Positions 28,431 through 44,143 of a stretch of DNA of 64,000 nt are shown here, piece after piece (within the stretch, counting starts at the first letter, position 1; each line of letters opens with the position of its first letter). The notes under the pieces are model-generated. The model did not search any database. It was not told where the DNA came from and saw nothing but the letters and a program-made list of their open reading frames with translations. The DNA is taken from the NCBI RefSeq assembly GCF_009914755.1, contig NC_060927.1; one strand, 5' to 3'. Origin of the DNA: the human T2T-CHM13v2.0 reference genome, Homo sapiens. The translations under genes and the position numbers were made by a program.

Positions 28431-28537
28431 CGCCGGCGCCCGCCCGGCAGCACACGCGGGGGGCACGGCGCGGGCACACACCCCACGCCCCACGCGCACA
28501 CGCGCGCCCGCCTCGGCCCGGCCGGCTCCCAGACGAG

Positions 28538-28543
28538 CACGTG
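28538..28543. promoter_or_regulatory. E-box 1 CACGTG (within palindrome AGCACGTGCT)
   Basis: Exact motif; PROK2 is an established CLOCK/BMAL1 output gene. Confidence 0.75.
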
Positions 28544-28717
28544 CTATGCGCGGCCCCCCGCGCCCCCGCCTCGGGCGCCACGCAGGCAGCGCTCCCGGCG
28601 GGGCGCCCCGCTCTGCGCCGTTCCCTCCGCCGTCGCCCAGCCACCGCCTTTCGCACGCGCCGGAACCGCTTTTGTGGTCTCCGAGACACTCATTTGCTGT
28701 CCTGGTTTCCAAAGCTC

Positions 28718-28723
28718 CACGTG
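28718..28723. promoter_or_regulatory. E-box 2 CACGTG
   Basis: Exact motif. Confidence 0.7.
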
Positions 28724-29487
28724 CTCAGCGCCGAAAACTTGCAAATCATTTGCTGTACAGATGTTTAGGGGTCGCCTACTACGTGCGGGGCGCTGTGCAC
28801 ACATAGGGGGCGGGGGGTGGGTGAGGGGGACACAGCAGCCCCTGAATCCATTCGTTTGTTCAGCAGGTCTATACTGGGCGCCCGCTGCGTGCCAGGTACT
28901 GCCACCGGCTCTCTCCTCACGGTGGAATAACTTAACAGAGAAGACAGACATCAATCAAATACCCTGGAAACGTGGAAGGCAGGGGAAAGAACAAAGGGAG
29001 AGCAAAATCGCCCCAATCCCACATCACCCGCGACGTGAAAGGATTTGTCCTTCCAGCTGCGGGACTCCTATTTGTTTATTTCAAGTCAGAGGCCTTCCCT
29101 TTATGCCCACATCTGTTCCCGACCCTCTCCTCTGATTTTCCTCACATGTATTTCCTCCCCTCTTCAGCCCCGCGCCAGCTCCAGGCACAGCCGTTCAGGG
29201 TGATGCCAAAGGGAAATGAGAACGCCTGGTTTCGAGTGCCAGCCTGAGGCCCCTTAAGCCCTAGGTACGCAGCTCTCTCTTCTTTCTTAAACTTTCCAGC
29301 CCAGGAAAATCACCCTTCGGTTTTACAGATGCGATAGGGCGTTATTGTGATTCCTTCATTCACGTAAACATGAATTGAGTGTCTAGTGGGTTCCAGGCAC
29401 ACCAGGAAAGAATAAGTGACAGATTTGCCCTCCATCTCTCATCCTAGCCTGGCTCCAAAAACTGCAGCCTGTTTCCCTCAACAAAAA

Positions 29488-29495
29488 TGACGTCA
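29488..29495. promoter_or_regulatory. Consensus CRE TGACGTCA
   Basis: Exact 8-bp palindrome ~1.1 kb upstream of the inferred TSS. Confidence 0.6.
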
Positions 29496-29818
29496 AGAAT
29501 ACCTAGATGTGACCACACCGAACTTGCTTGCCCGTTTTGGGAAACCCAACTTTCTTCCTGAATAGTCAGAACCTCTGGCTTTCCTGGTCTCTTAAGAACC
29601 GCAAACTATTGAAAAGCAGATGCGTCTTTCAGCCTCTTTAATAAATGCAGTAAGGAGAGTTGGGACAGAGTTACTTTCAGACTGTGGGGCTCCCCCGTGC
29701 CAAAGCATTCAGACGAAATGTGGGGGATAGCGGGGGGAAGGCAGGCAATTATCTGAATGTTAAACAGCTGAATATTTGGAAACCCCAATCTTTGGCTGAT
29801 TTTTAAAAACCTTTTTCA

Positions 29819-29824
29819 CACGTG
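29819..29824. promoter_or_regulatory. E-box 3 CACGTG (AACACGTGT on minus)
   Basis: Exact motif. Confidence 0.6.
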
Positions 29825-30689
29825 TTCTCATGTTTAAAAAACGCCTTGAACAGAAAACACAAAAGGAGTCAAACCCTTTTTTCAACTTAAAAAAATGTTA
29901 AAATTGGACTCACAGTGGAGTAAGTAGAAACAGTAGCAAGTGACAGACTTGTGGAAAGTTTCCTTTTCCAGTCTCCATGCCAACGCTAGCTCGGGAATGC
30001 TGCCGGGTAAATGTAAAAACCAGTCAACATGGATTTTAACATTCCTATGACTTTCTTTTAATGGTCTATTTCATATTCGCTACTATTGAATGCCAGCTTG
30101 GGTATTCCCTGCTTCTTCAAGCATAGAAAATATGATATGTCTACACAGGAAAAATCAGATTTCAAAAGTGGCTGGCTTCTTACACAGCTGTTTGGAAAAC
30201 AGTCCTCATAAGGCTGTTTTGAAACAAGTTTAAAAAAAAGAAATAAGTTTGGAAACACTTAAAAATAGGGTTGTTTAGTTTCATGTTCTTTTGGAAATTT
30301 TAATTGCTTTAATGCTTTAGGAGAGAAATGAAGGCTCTTGATATGTCATCTTTGTATCTGAGGCCAAGTTTGAAAAATGAAGTCTGACTTCAATTGTTAT
30401 AAAGGGAAAAATGAAAAAAAAAAAGAGTTTGGATTAGTCCATTAAAAAAGGTAGTTGGGACAACTTAGCAACAATGACATAGAAATGAAACAGTAGTTTA
30501 TTGATTCTTTTCTATTACTGTAACCTGTTGATATTGCCACATGATCACTTCTGCCCAGGCATAACTGTATTAGGTGAAATGAGCCTTGTGTGTGTAAAGT
30601 GTAGCCTACCATATTCCAGCAGACCATCAAGGCTCAGCTTAAATGAAAATGCAATCTAGGAGCGTCTATAGAACCCAATGTTTGTGAGA

Positions 30690-30890
30690 CAGGCTGATCA
30701 GGATTGGAATCCTGTGTGACCACTGGGCAAGTTACACAACCTTTTGAAGCCTCTGTTTCCGGTCTTGTAAAATGGTTATAAAATACCAACCTCATGGGGT
30801 ACAACCCCTATGGAATTTAATAATACCTGCAAAATGCTTATCACAGTGCCTGGAACAGACTGGGAGCTCTGTTAGGGTTACCTCTTATTA
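30690..30890 (-). mobile_element. MIR
   Basis: CTGTGTGACCACTGGGCAAGTTACACAACC..GCCTCTGTTTCC..GTAAAATGG. Confidence 0.7.
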
Positions 30891-31243
30891 AGCCTTATTA
30901 TTTGGTCTCCCCTGACAATTTCAGCCAATGCTGATATAAGTCTTTTCTGTCCTGCCCACTATATTAGATTGTACACTTTTCGTGATTAGGATCCTTGTGT
31001 CTAATTTTCTATGCATCCCTCTTGGCACACAGCACGATAATAGGCATATGGCAGGCATTCAGTAAGTGACCAGCAACAGGAATATGTCCCATGAAGGACA
31101 GTCCAGAGACAGTTACGAGAAGATCATATACAGTACAGACTCATGTCATGTATATGAATCCGTTAAAGGTAGTCACCAAAAAGCAAGAGAGATGGAAGCT
31201 TTACCTGGTGCAGATGATTCAGCCTGTCTCTTTACTTGGGGGC

Positions 31244-31249
31244 CACGTG
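31244..31249. promoter_or_regulatory. E-box 4 CACGTG (GGCCACGTGAC, USF/TFE/BMAL1-type flanks)
   Basis: Exact motif. Confidence 0.6.
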
Positions 31250-31356
31250 ACTGAAATGAAGTGAGCTGGGAGACACAGGCCTGTCTCACGGCAGTCAATT
31301 TGGGACTCAGGCTGTCTGATAAGGCTCCATTTCAACATGTGCTTCATGATTGCCAG

Positions 31357-31856
31357 TGTAGTGGCCTATACTGTGACCCCTAGCAAGTTATTTTCAAGGC
31401 CTAAGCCCTGGTACCTGTGGACGTGACCTTATTTGGAAATAGGGTTTTTGCAGACGTAATCAACTTAAGATGAGGTCATGCTATATTAGGGTGGGTTCTA
31501 AATTCAATGGCTGGTGTCTTCATAAGAGAAATGGGAGGGAGAGCTGGATACAGAGACACAGGCTAGACTCCCCCCACCCCACCCCCCCCACACACACGGG
31601 AGAACATCAAGTGAAGATGGGGGCAGAGATTGGAGCAATGCTTCTACAAGGCAAGGAACACCAAGGATTGCCAGCAGCCATCAGGATCTGAAAGAGCAAG
31701 GAAGGATTCTTCCCCAGATCCTTCACAGGGAGCACGGCCTTGTCAGCCCCTTGGTTTTGGACTTTTAGCCTCCAGAACCACGAAAGAATAAGTTTCTATT
31801 GTTTTAAGCCACCCAGTTGTGGTGATTTCATTATGGCAGACACAGGAAACTAACAT
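31357..31856 (+). mobile_element. MLT1C-like MaLR solo LTR
   Basis: GTGACCTTATTTGGAAATAGGG..GGAACACCAAGGATTGCCAGCAGCC..TTTTAAGCCACCCAG..GGAAACTAACA. Confidence 0.85.
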
Positions 31857-32520
31857 AGTTGGGTGCAGCCAGAGGGTTGTACACCAGCTTTCTCTGCCTG
31901 GAATTCATGCCTGTCACTTTTGCTCACTTTTTAGTGACCAAAACAAGCCACATGACAATCTGTCTTCAAGGGGACAGACAGTGCAAGTCTGTCACTGGTT
32001 TCTGAAGACAACAAGGTATCAGGTGAGCAGTGCTATATTCTACAGGAAATGAATCATTCATGGCTTGGACTCCTTAATGAGCATAATGAACTTTGAATTA
32101 TATTAGTAATTGCTATTATAAATAATAATGTGTAATTTCCTTTGTATTTTTTCTAGTACAGCATTCTTTATACCAGAATTATACAAAGACTCTGAAAGTG
32201 AGTAAATGTGTAAGCTAATATTTTCTTTTAGGTGGGTAGAAAACCATAATTTATTCATTCAACAGGTATTAACTAAGACTTACTATATTCCAGATATTGT
32301 GTGCAGCATTGGGGGTACGAGGGTGAGCAAAACAGACATGAACCCAGCCCCCTGGGAGCTTACCATCTCATGGGAAGATGCACATGAATCAAATAATCAT
32401 ACAACTTTATAATTACAGAAGATAAATTTAGGGTCACTATGAGAGAGCATATGAGGAAACCTGAAGCTTTCCTTACAGTTCTGGAATATGGGATGAGAGC
32501 TGAAGGTTATGCAGAATTTA

Positions 32521-32859
<339 letters not shown>

Positions 32860-33179
32860 ATAAAACAGCAGACATGGAGGATGGCTGGGCATTCCAGACA
32901 GTGCAGACAAAAGGGTAGCTAATGTGGCCCAAGGAATGTGCCTAAAGCGAAGTCTGGAACAAATACGGAGCCAGAGGGATGGCAGGGATCCTTTGCAGGG
33001 TCTTATGTAGGCCACACTAAAGATCTTGGTCTTCATGGTTGGTCGGGGAAGGAGAAAAATCATAAGAATGGGGCAAGTGTGACATGAGCAGCTTTCATAA
33101 GGAAGACCTCCCTGCAGTGTGACTCAACCTGTCCACATCCCAACACCTTCTGGCAACCCCCAAACCCCTTTCACTGAAG

Positions 33180-34140
33180 GCAACTCTATCCTTCCAAAGA
33201 TGACCCTGGAGTCATCTTTGACCCTTCTCATTCTCTCACACCTAAGACCCATCTGTCTGAAAATCTTGTTGCCTTTTGAAGGCAAATCTACTTTATATTA
33301 TTATATTATATTATATTATATTATTATTTATTATAATATAATTATTATATTTGTGATAATGTAATATTTTATATATAAATAAATACAAAATAAAATAAAA
33401 CAGAATATATTTTAATAATAAACCCTCTGTCATGCTACCCTTCTTGTTCTGAGCCCCTGTCACCTCCAGCCTGGATTACTGTCACTGTCATTGCCTCAAG
33501 ACTGGCCTCCCGGGTTCACCCTTGCCCTCTACATTCTATCATCAACACCTATTTTTTTTTAAAGTAAGTTAGACTCTTTGCTCTAAACCCTGCAGTAGTT
33601 TCTCGTTTCTCTCGCAGAGACCTTCAGATCTTTGACTTTGTTTACTACTCCTACCTCTTGTCTTCCTGCCAGCTCTGCTCCTGCCACACTGCCCCCCTGG
33701 AGGTTTCTAGAACACTCAGGGCATGCTCCCACTTTGGGAAATTTGTCCTGGATCTTCTCCTTGTCAGACTGCTCTTTCCCCAAATAGCCACATGGCAGAC
33801 TCCCTTGTCACTTTCGAATGTTTGTTCAAATCTCACCTTTGCAAGGAGGCCTATCCTAACCACCCTTATTTACATTTGCAACTGCCCCAGCATGCCAGTT
33901 GCCTTTTAGTCCTTTTATATTTCACTTTTCCCTAGCACTAAGACCTTCTAGCATATTCTATTACATATTACGTTTTATCTTTGTTGCCTTACTGCCCCCA
34001 CCTCCCCACACATACACCAGAATCTAAGCGCCACAGGATAAGGGATGTTCAGAAACTTTGTTCTGTTCACTAATTTATCTCCAGTACCTAGAAAGATGCC
34101 TGGCACATAGTAGGCACTTGATAAATATTTGTTGAACAAA
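33180..34140 (-). mobile_element. L2 fragment, interrupted by an AT-rich low-complexity tract (~33290-33420)
   Basis: CCTGGCACATAGTAGGCACTTGATAAATATTTGTTGAA terminus. Confidence 0.7.
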
Positions 34141-34291
34141 TTACAAAAAATATAGAGAAGAGATTGGAGAGTGGCTGAGAGCAGGCCTGATGAGAGGCCA
34201 TGGCAGCGGTCCAGGTGGCCTCTGCTAACGGTGTTGGCAGCAAAGAGGGAGAGAGGTGAACCCACTCACTTAAAAAGTAGAACAGGTAGAG

Positions 34292-34598
34292 AGCTGGGCG
34301 TGATGGCTCACACCGGTAATCCCAGCACTTTGGGAGACCAAGGTGGGCAGATCACCTGAGGTCAGGAGTTGGAGACAAGCCTGGCCAACGTGGCAAAATC
34401 CTGCCTGTACTAAAATACAAAAATTAGCCAGGTGTGGTGGCTCATGCCTGTAATCCCATCTACTCAGGAGGCTGAGGCAGGAGAATCACTTGAACCTGGG
34501 AGGTTGCAGTAAGCTAAGATAGAGCCACTGCACTCCAGCCTGGGTGACAGAGCAAGACTCTTTCTAAAACAAACAAACAAACAAACAGCAAAAAAACC
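34292..34598 (+). mobile_element. AluS
   Basis: Alu consensus. Confidence 0.9.
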
Positions 34599-34847
34599 AA
34601 AGTAGAACAAGTAGAATTTACCATTGGTTAAGATAAAGGCTGGACAAGAAACGTCAAGATTCACCTTGTATAACTGATTGACAGTGCAGATGGATGCTGA
34701 GGTGTTGGCAACCTCTGGGTATGGGGAAAGGCAATCAGACAGACCCGGGGTACAGAGAAGATGGTGGCTAGAGCTAAAACTCAGGCAATTTTCCCCTTAA
34801 AATTTTTAGATTTCATATAATGTAGGCACAGTGGTAAGAATTTAGAT

Positions 34848-35050
34848 CAGGGGCTGGCAAACTGAGACTTACTGCCTGTTCCTGTAAAGAAAGTTTGAGT
34901 GGGACCCAGCTACACTTGCCAATGTTTTGTCTAAGGCTGCCTTCACACCACAAGGGCTGAGTGGAGTATTTGCAAGAGAAACTATATGACCTGCAAAGTT
35001 GAAAATGTTTACTCTCTGGCCATTTACAGAAAGTTTGCTGACTCATGCAT
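34848..35050 (+). mobile_element. MER58A-like DNA transposon
   Basis: CAGGGGCTGGCAAACT...CTGGCCATTTACAGAAAGTTTGCTGAC. Confidence 0.75.
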
Positions 35051-35412
35051 TAGATCATAAAGAGCCTAGAGTTTTATTATTGCCCCTCGAGTAAATTGTT
35101 TCCCACCTCCTTTTCCTAGGTCTGTTCTGGGCTGTCCTTTTGAGGCTCTCTCTGTTTACTGGTGGAATTCATCTGCTTTCTGAGTTGTGGGAATTTGCCC
35201 AAAGTTCTGGCTCACTGGTGGACCCCTTGCATGTTCACCTTGTTATGTGTACTTTCATCTCAATTGCCAGTTATATAGTAAGTGCTCAATAAATGTGTTG
35301 GTAGAATTGGGGAAAGGAAGCAAATGGGTCTTCCATCTGCCATCTTGCAATGAAAGCCTGACACAATCTCAGCTACATAAAGGAAGAGAACTTCTGTTAC
35401 TCTTTTACATGA

Positions 35413-35739
<327 letters not shown>

Positions 35740-36494
35740 TGCTCTGGTTTTAAAAATGATTCCAGCTTGTCTGAGGGCTTACTTTGTATGTACCTTCTTC
35801 GTATGACTTCTAATTATTTTCACATAATAGGTGGGTCTGGTAATTTCCTAGCTAGGTCCCATTTGTCTTTGTGTAAATGATTTTTCATTTAGAAGGGTTC
35901 CAAAAAAGTAAAATAGATATTCTTATTTTTTTCACCCTTCATCTTTTATCACTGTTCTATTACATGGTGGCTTTTCTTGTTAACAAACCCATAATATCAG
36001 TCTGAAATATCTTTTAAATATAATAACTATGCTTTAAATGTGACATGAAAAATGAATTGCTTTTATAATTCTAAATAAGACATCTATTTTAATCTTTTCA
36101 AAGCTGATGATTTCTCTTTATATTTAAAAATAAATCACCAAGATTCAATTTGAAAGCCAATTGTCTATGGAGGCACTAACAATTATTTGGTCTATTCAAG
36201 TGATAATGTAAAATAAAGTTTACCTATTTTTAAATAGTTGAAATATTAATTCAAGAGAAAGACTTTTTAAAAAAAAATTAGTATAAAATGCGTTTGAAAT
36301 AATATGAGGGATCAGGATGAACATTTGGTTCTAAAAGATTTAGGTTTTATTCATTACAATGTTGACTGTATTTAATATCTATTTTTAGCATTGAAGGTGA
36401 GCCTTAAGGCTATGTATCATGTACTTCATTAAAAGGAAGAGATTGTTATGCAAATCGGTAGCATATTTGTTAACTTTCCAGAGAGAAAGTCTCA

Positions 36495-36856
<362 letters not shown>

Positions 36857-36935
36857 TTATTATTTTAGGTCAACATTTATTAGCTAGCCCACACAAATTT
36901 TATTTACTAATTTTTTTCTCCCCTAAATTTGAATT

Positions 36936-36970
36936 GTGTGTGTATATATATATGTATGTATATATGTCTG

Positions 36971-37007
<37 letters not shown>

Positions 37008-37008
37008 A
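36936..37008. repeat. Compound STR with (TCTA)9 at 36971-37006
   Basis: Direct observation. Confidence 0.95.
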
Positions 37009-39103
37009 TTTTTTTTTCCTGAGGGAAAGGACTTGGAAGAAATAATAAGACATCTGGGTATAGGAATTTATAGGCACAAACCAATTACAAAAATCTCCAT
37101 TTCTAAATGTAAAGGCTGCCTCTTTCTATGCACTGCATATGGTAAGTACTCAATAAATCTCAATACATCTTATATAATACCTCCAGTTACCCTATGGGGT
37201 AGCTACCACCACAATTCCTATTTTACAAAGGGGGAAGTAAGATTTGCAGAGATTAACTGTGTCATACAGAATCACAGTAACTTCGAAATAGTAGAGCTGG
37301 GTTTCCACCCAGTTAGGTCTTATGCCAAATACTTAACTATTACAGCTTCTCCTTGAATTTATATGCTTTACTTAAATATTGCCATAAAAAATTTAGATAG
37401 CCAATAACCAAAAGGAAGAAACAATGACTATGATGTGAATTTTCCTCAAACTTATCTTAAAACCTGCCTGTTTCCCTCCCTCTCACCTCTTTCTCTGTTG
37501 CTTTCTCTCTCTTTCTTCTCTGTCTCTTTTTACAACTCAGAGATCAAGATTTAAAAACAAAATGGCAGAGAACAGGTACAATTCTACACATGTGACCTTT
37601 TGTCTGGAGGTATGTTTACCCCCAGCGGAATCCCCCGAAGAAGAAGTTCAGAAGAGATACTATTTTTGTGAGTGGTAAGAAAGTGGGCCATCCGTGTTTC
37701 TGCTCCGCAGGTTCATTTGTCAGCGTTCTAAGTGGGGACTGGGTGCCTTTGCTCTCATAAGGTGAGTTGTCTATCAAAGGAATCCTCCCTGCTTTTTTAG
37801 GTGGCAAGATCAATTAGAGTGAGCCTAACACTGGAGACTGAGGACTCTAGTACAGCATCTGCCAGGGAGTGTGTCCTCTTAGAAAAATTGTGATTTTTTT
37901 ATGATTAGATAGAGACCTCTTAGGAGCCATAATTTGTATTAGCACATTAAAGACCCCGAGAGGTTCTGCAAAAGGAAACTAGTTGTACCAACTTGGTACA
38001 ACTCAGCATTTCCAAAATATTTGGTTACAGAGCACTTTTTGCATGTGCCAGGGATAAAAGGCTAGGCAAATCTCAATCCCTTATCTTGACCACATCCAAG
38101 CCTTAACAAAAAACCCACTCATGTAGAGGAATTTAGAGGAATTGGTTACATTTTGAATGTGTAGCCAATCTTGAATGAGCTCATTAATCAAATACAGAAA
38201 ATGATGGGATAATCTAATTCATCTAACTTGCTTTACAAATGAGGAAACTGATAATCCAAAAGATTTAATCTCATAGGAACCAGGTGACAGAGCAGGAAAT
38301 AGGCCACTGGTCTCCTGCCTCGAAGTTCTAGTTTTTCCCAACCATACTGGCTCCTCTTTGAGGTGTGGGGACCCCTCTACAAAACAGTTATAAACACACT
38401 TTCCAAAACACAGGAGACTACTTTTAGGAAGGTCTCTTTCATATATATCAAGTCATTGTGATCACCTGTTCCACTGTCCTCACAGTTAGAAAGTGGCCAT
38501 GGAGTGTGTGGTTGCATCCTGGATCTCTATCCACTGAAGTCATTTATTTTTTTCACACAGTTTGGCAGAGTTTGGGTTTGCTAAATGTATACGTAAGTAT
38601 TATCAACCTTTGGCTCACGAATTAGCAAAAAGGATAGCACAGGTTTGAGCGGGAGGGAATTGGAAAATTAATTTTGGTAGGATAAGATTTCACCTAGAGA
38701 ATCCTAAGTGGCAGATTGCTAACTCTTTTCATTTGTTTACTTCCAAAATGTTTTCGAGCTGATGGATGCAATTCGCCATAATGAAAGTATTTCCAAGCCC
38801 TAGCCAATGATCCATGGTAACTGTGCTTTCATGATCTTGTTACAGCATTCTCCCTTCCATTTTCTTATGTGTTTGTCTGTTTAATAGGCCCCCATTGTAA
38901 TAGCTAGAGGTGGAGGAGTAGAGAGAGGGAGAGTGGTCAGGAGGTGAGTTTACTGGGGTGCTTCAGATAGAACTGTTTTCCCTGCTGAGAGAATGAGGTT
39001 CCAGAACTCAGCCTTGACTGTAAGTTATGATTTTCCTAAAGGCTGATGTAAACCCCCAAATCCTATCTCAGCATCAACCGATTCCGGTTAATCAGTTATT
39101 TTA

Positions 39104-39649
<546 letters not shown>

Positions 39650-41183
39650 TCACCAGAGATATACCGCCTATCACTGCTATGTGCCTGCAGGCACTGTGCA
39701 ATAGGTGCTGTGAGAATAGTGCAGTAGCTGCTCTGTACGATGCAAGTTGCTACCAGATGGTTCTTTTTAGAGCAGCAATTTCACCATTACCACGTTCAAA
39801 GTCTAAACCTGATTTCCTAAACTGGCAGCTCAGCTCATTAAGTCTACACCCCTCCTGAAGAGAATTCATGGTTCTCCGTGACTGATTATTGAAAGTTTAC
39901 TCTAATTATAATAAGCCATGACATCAAGTGAGCTCTTGAAGTATAAAATGTACAACTACCCTGCAGTAGTCTTTATATTTTGAGCACTATTTTTATCTTT
40001 CTCAAACATTAAGATAAATTTAATAAGCATTTGAGCAAATTTTGGCTTTAGCAATGCATCATCAGAATTTGGGGGTTGTAGCCCATTACTCCCCCTTCCC
40101 CTTCCCAGGGAAAGTGCAGGTTTAACACACACTGAATCATCCGGGAGACATAGGCCGCAAATACAAACAGGCAGAAAAGCGTCTTGGTCTGGCGTTTGAG
40201 GTCTGCTTGTTAAAGTCTTTCCCATCCATTCATATTTAGAGAGTGCTACTCTGGAGTCAGATTTGGTAGAGTCCAATCCCAGCTCTGCCATCTACGGTCT
40301 ATCTAGCCTTAGGAAAGATATTTAATTTCTCAGAGCTCCAGTCTTCTTCTCAATAAAATAGAGTGAATAATAATAATACCTACAGTGTAGGATTGTTGTG
40401 AGAATGAAACAAAAATATGTCTGACACAGTGTAAGAACCCATTAACACATTTGCCGTTATCAGAGGAAAAGGGTATTGTGCTAACGTCAATGTCCTGGTT
40501 TTGACAATGTACTCTAGTTATGTAAGATGCTGTTGTAGTGGAAACTATGGGAAAGGTACTCAGGAACTCTTTGTATAATTTTTGCAATGTTTTGTGAGTT
40601 TAAAATTATTTTAAAATTGAAAAAGGGATGTAGGGAAGAAAGAAAAAAGGGAAGTCCCAGGAGTACAACTTGGCAATGCTGACCACCATCAGGCCAGTGG
40701 AACTCCAGCCCAGGATGTGCCTGTCTGGCTCCCGGGACAGGCAGGTCCCTCTTGATGCTGGGCAATAGCACATTCAGAACACACAGACCACTGCCATTGG
40801 CCTGGCTCTGACTCACTGCAGCCGTTTGATTATACATGGACTTCTGGTGGCCTTGCCAGTGGGGAGAAGTCACGGGAGCCAGCGGCCTGAATGCCAATCC
40901 TTGGGCAGTGAAAGTAGTAAGGGTTTTCACGGTAAATCAATAGATTGACATTCTGATTCATGACCCAAATGGAGGAGACCTCTGGTGCTGACGAGTCAGG
41001 CTCTGAGTCTGCAAGGCTGAGAGAGACCCTGGATTATCGTCACTGGGTCAAGGTGAAGCCACCTTGTGAGGCCTCTTGGGAGACAGCCAGGAAGCCTTGC
41101 CCAGAGATGCCTCTCCTCTCCACCCCTCATATGAAGGGCTCTGTGCTTTTTAGGTTCTGGTTTTAATTACTCCCCAGCATAGC

Positions 41184-41371
41184 ACAGTACAGCTCAATAG
41201 AACTTTCTGCAATGGTGGAAATACTCCATATCCATGTAGTCCCTAGCAGTACGGCTAGTCACAAGTGGCTGTGGAGCACTTGCAATGTGGCTAGTGCAAC
41301 TAAGGAATGAAATTTTCACTTTAATTAAATTTAAATAGCCCCATGTGGCTAATGACTACTGTACAGTACAG
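41184..41371 (+). mobile_element. MER3-like DNA transposon
   Basis: CAATAGAACTTTCTGCAATG..GAGCACTTGCAATGTGGCTAGTG..AAATTTAAATAGCCCCATGTGGCTA. Confidence 0.8.
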
Positions 41372-41885
41372 GTATAAATTACAATTTTGCTGCACTACTG
41401 TGAAGATTCTTGAAATGTAAGGCTGGTTAAGAGCTTGAATGGTAGGAGGAAAAAGCTTAACCCACAAAGAAATATCATGGATGGCCTGCTTTTATGGAAG
41501 GTATGTTGGCCAAGAAAACACATTATCCAGTTCGGATAAAAATGATAATATTAATAGCAAACATTAAAATAAGCATTTCATGGATGACAGAAATTGGGCT
41601 AAGTGTTTAATATGCATTATCTTATGTAATCCTCCCAACATCCCCAAACAGTTATGATTATAACAACATCAAACATCTATGGAGCACTTGCCGTGTGTCC
41701 AGCATGGTTTGGCATCCTTTCATGCTTTCCCTCATTTAATCTTCAAAACCTGGTGAGATGAATACTAACACTGCCTCATTTATAAGTTCTGTGATTTTGT
41801 GCAAGTTTCTTAACCTCAAAGATATTGAAATATATAATGTTAAGATAAAATATAAGATGTATATGTGCATAAAAAAATAACAATA

Positions 41886-42190
41886 GGCTAGGTATAGTAG
41901 CTCATGCCTATAATTTTAGAGCTTTGGGAGGCTAAGGTAGGAGAATCACTTGAGGCTGGGAGTTTGAGACAAGCCTGGTCAACATAGTGAGACTTGTCTC
42001 CACAGAAGTAAAAAACATCAGCCAGGGGTGGTGGTACACACTTGTAGTCCTAGCTACTCAGAAGGCTAGAGTGGGAGGATCACTTGAGCCCAGGAGTTTG
42101 ACATTACAGCAAGTTAATAGTGCTTCTGCACCCCAGCCTGGGCAACTGAGGGAGATCCTGCCTCTAATAATAATAATAATAATAATAAAT
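41886..42190 (+). mobile_element. Diverged AluJ with (TAA)n tail
   Basis: Alu consensus. Confidence 0.85.
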
Positions 42191-42489
42191 GCCTTGTGGC
42201 CAATACCCAGCTTTGGCATTTGAACACTGCCAGGGCTTTGGAAGCCCGTGTGTGCCCCTCCCCACATATGCGTTTTTCCTTAGCCCTAGAGCTAAGCACT
42301 TTTCTGAGTGCTTTTGTGTGTTTAACCATTTCCTAATTTGTTCCTCATAGTTTTGCAAGCTATGTACAGATCCCTGAAAAAAAAACATGGATTTTTCTTT
42401 ACTTCATTGCACAAATATCTCTGGGCTATGAACATTTCTCTAGGTTCTTGCAGAACTTGACTTTTTTGACTTCCTCAGGAATCTTTCAA

Positions 42490-42990
42490 TTGCAAGCAAT
42501 GAAACCCAACTCAAACTGGCTTAAGCAAAGGGAAAGAATTTACATCCTCTAGAATCCCAGAGGACCAGGGGTAGGTTCAAGCTTGTCTTCCCTCGTGGTT
42601 TGTGTTGGCTTGGGTTGGTCTCTGTTTCATCCTCCTGTGAGGTAGTCCCAACAGCTCAGGCACCCTCTCTGTTCCTCATTTATTGGAAGTAGGGCTCTAA
42701 CTCCTCTCCCCTTCTTCCAACCGGTTCAGCAGAAATCCCAGGATTGAGTCTCTGTGGACCATTTTGGGTTAGGTGTTCATTCGGAATGAATCACTCTGGC
42801 CACGGGGATGGAATATGCTGATTGGATGGGCTTGCAATGTGGAGGTGTCTGCTGATGCTATACATATGGGGGTAGCTCCACTCTGACCACCTGAATTGAG
42901 GGTAAGTGGGGGTGGTTCTCCTAAGGAAAATAAAGGTTAACAAAGGAAGAGGGGATGGATGCTGCAGCGGCAAAGGCAAGAGCCGTGTAT
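42490..42990 (-). mobile_element. MLT1J-like LTR
   Basis: TTGCAAGCAATGAAACCCAACTCAAACTGGCTTAAGC..AATCACTCTGGCCACGGGGATGGAATATGCTGATTGG. Confidence 0.65.
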
Positions 42991-43794
42991 CCCACTTCTG
43001 AGCAAAGCAGGGTTACTCTGTACACACCCATCAGTGACCGACGTGCCCTTTGTATCTCTCCAGGACTGAAGAAGCAACATAACTGCCCGTAAGAGGGACT
43101 TCTCAACCTCTTAGGAAAACACATAGTGTCTTAAACATGAACTGTTCTCTTTCCCAAGGAAAACATTGCTGAGGACTTTATCTTTGGGTTTTCATTTTTT
43201 TATACCATCCTCTTTGACTCTATAAATGTACTTTATATGTTGAAATTGGATAGTTATGTATCTAACTTCCTACTTGATGACTACATATATTCTCTATATA
43301 CCAGAACGAGATAAAAAAGAAATTAGTAGGTGCTATTTCAGAGACTTGTGGCACAGAGATCAGCAGAAAAAAAGCCAGAAACAAACAAAAAGCAACCCAT
43401 GATTACTCATAATAAAGATCACCACTGAACAATGAGATTTTATGGAACTAAAATTATGATATATTTATAGATCAGTTTATTTCGTTTGCCACAGCAAACT
43501 AGTTTTTATTTTTCACATTTTTCTCTGTGCTTCTATTAGAAGCCATGGAAACAACGCTCTCCTTTTTTTTTCTTATGCAAATTGATTCACCTCAGCATTT
43601 ACTGACCTTTTCTTGGCATATTCTCTTTGACTCTGGTCATGTCAGTTGTAAAAGCATGCAAAGAAGCTGATAATGAATGCTTTCAGAAGATAACAGTGTA
43701 AAAACCTGACCTTGAATCAATGATAGCACAATTACTTTATAGAATTATTTAATCAATGATGATTTTCCTACCTTAAAATAATTATATTCTTTAA

Positions 43795-44143
<349 letters not shown>

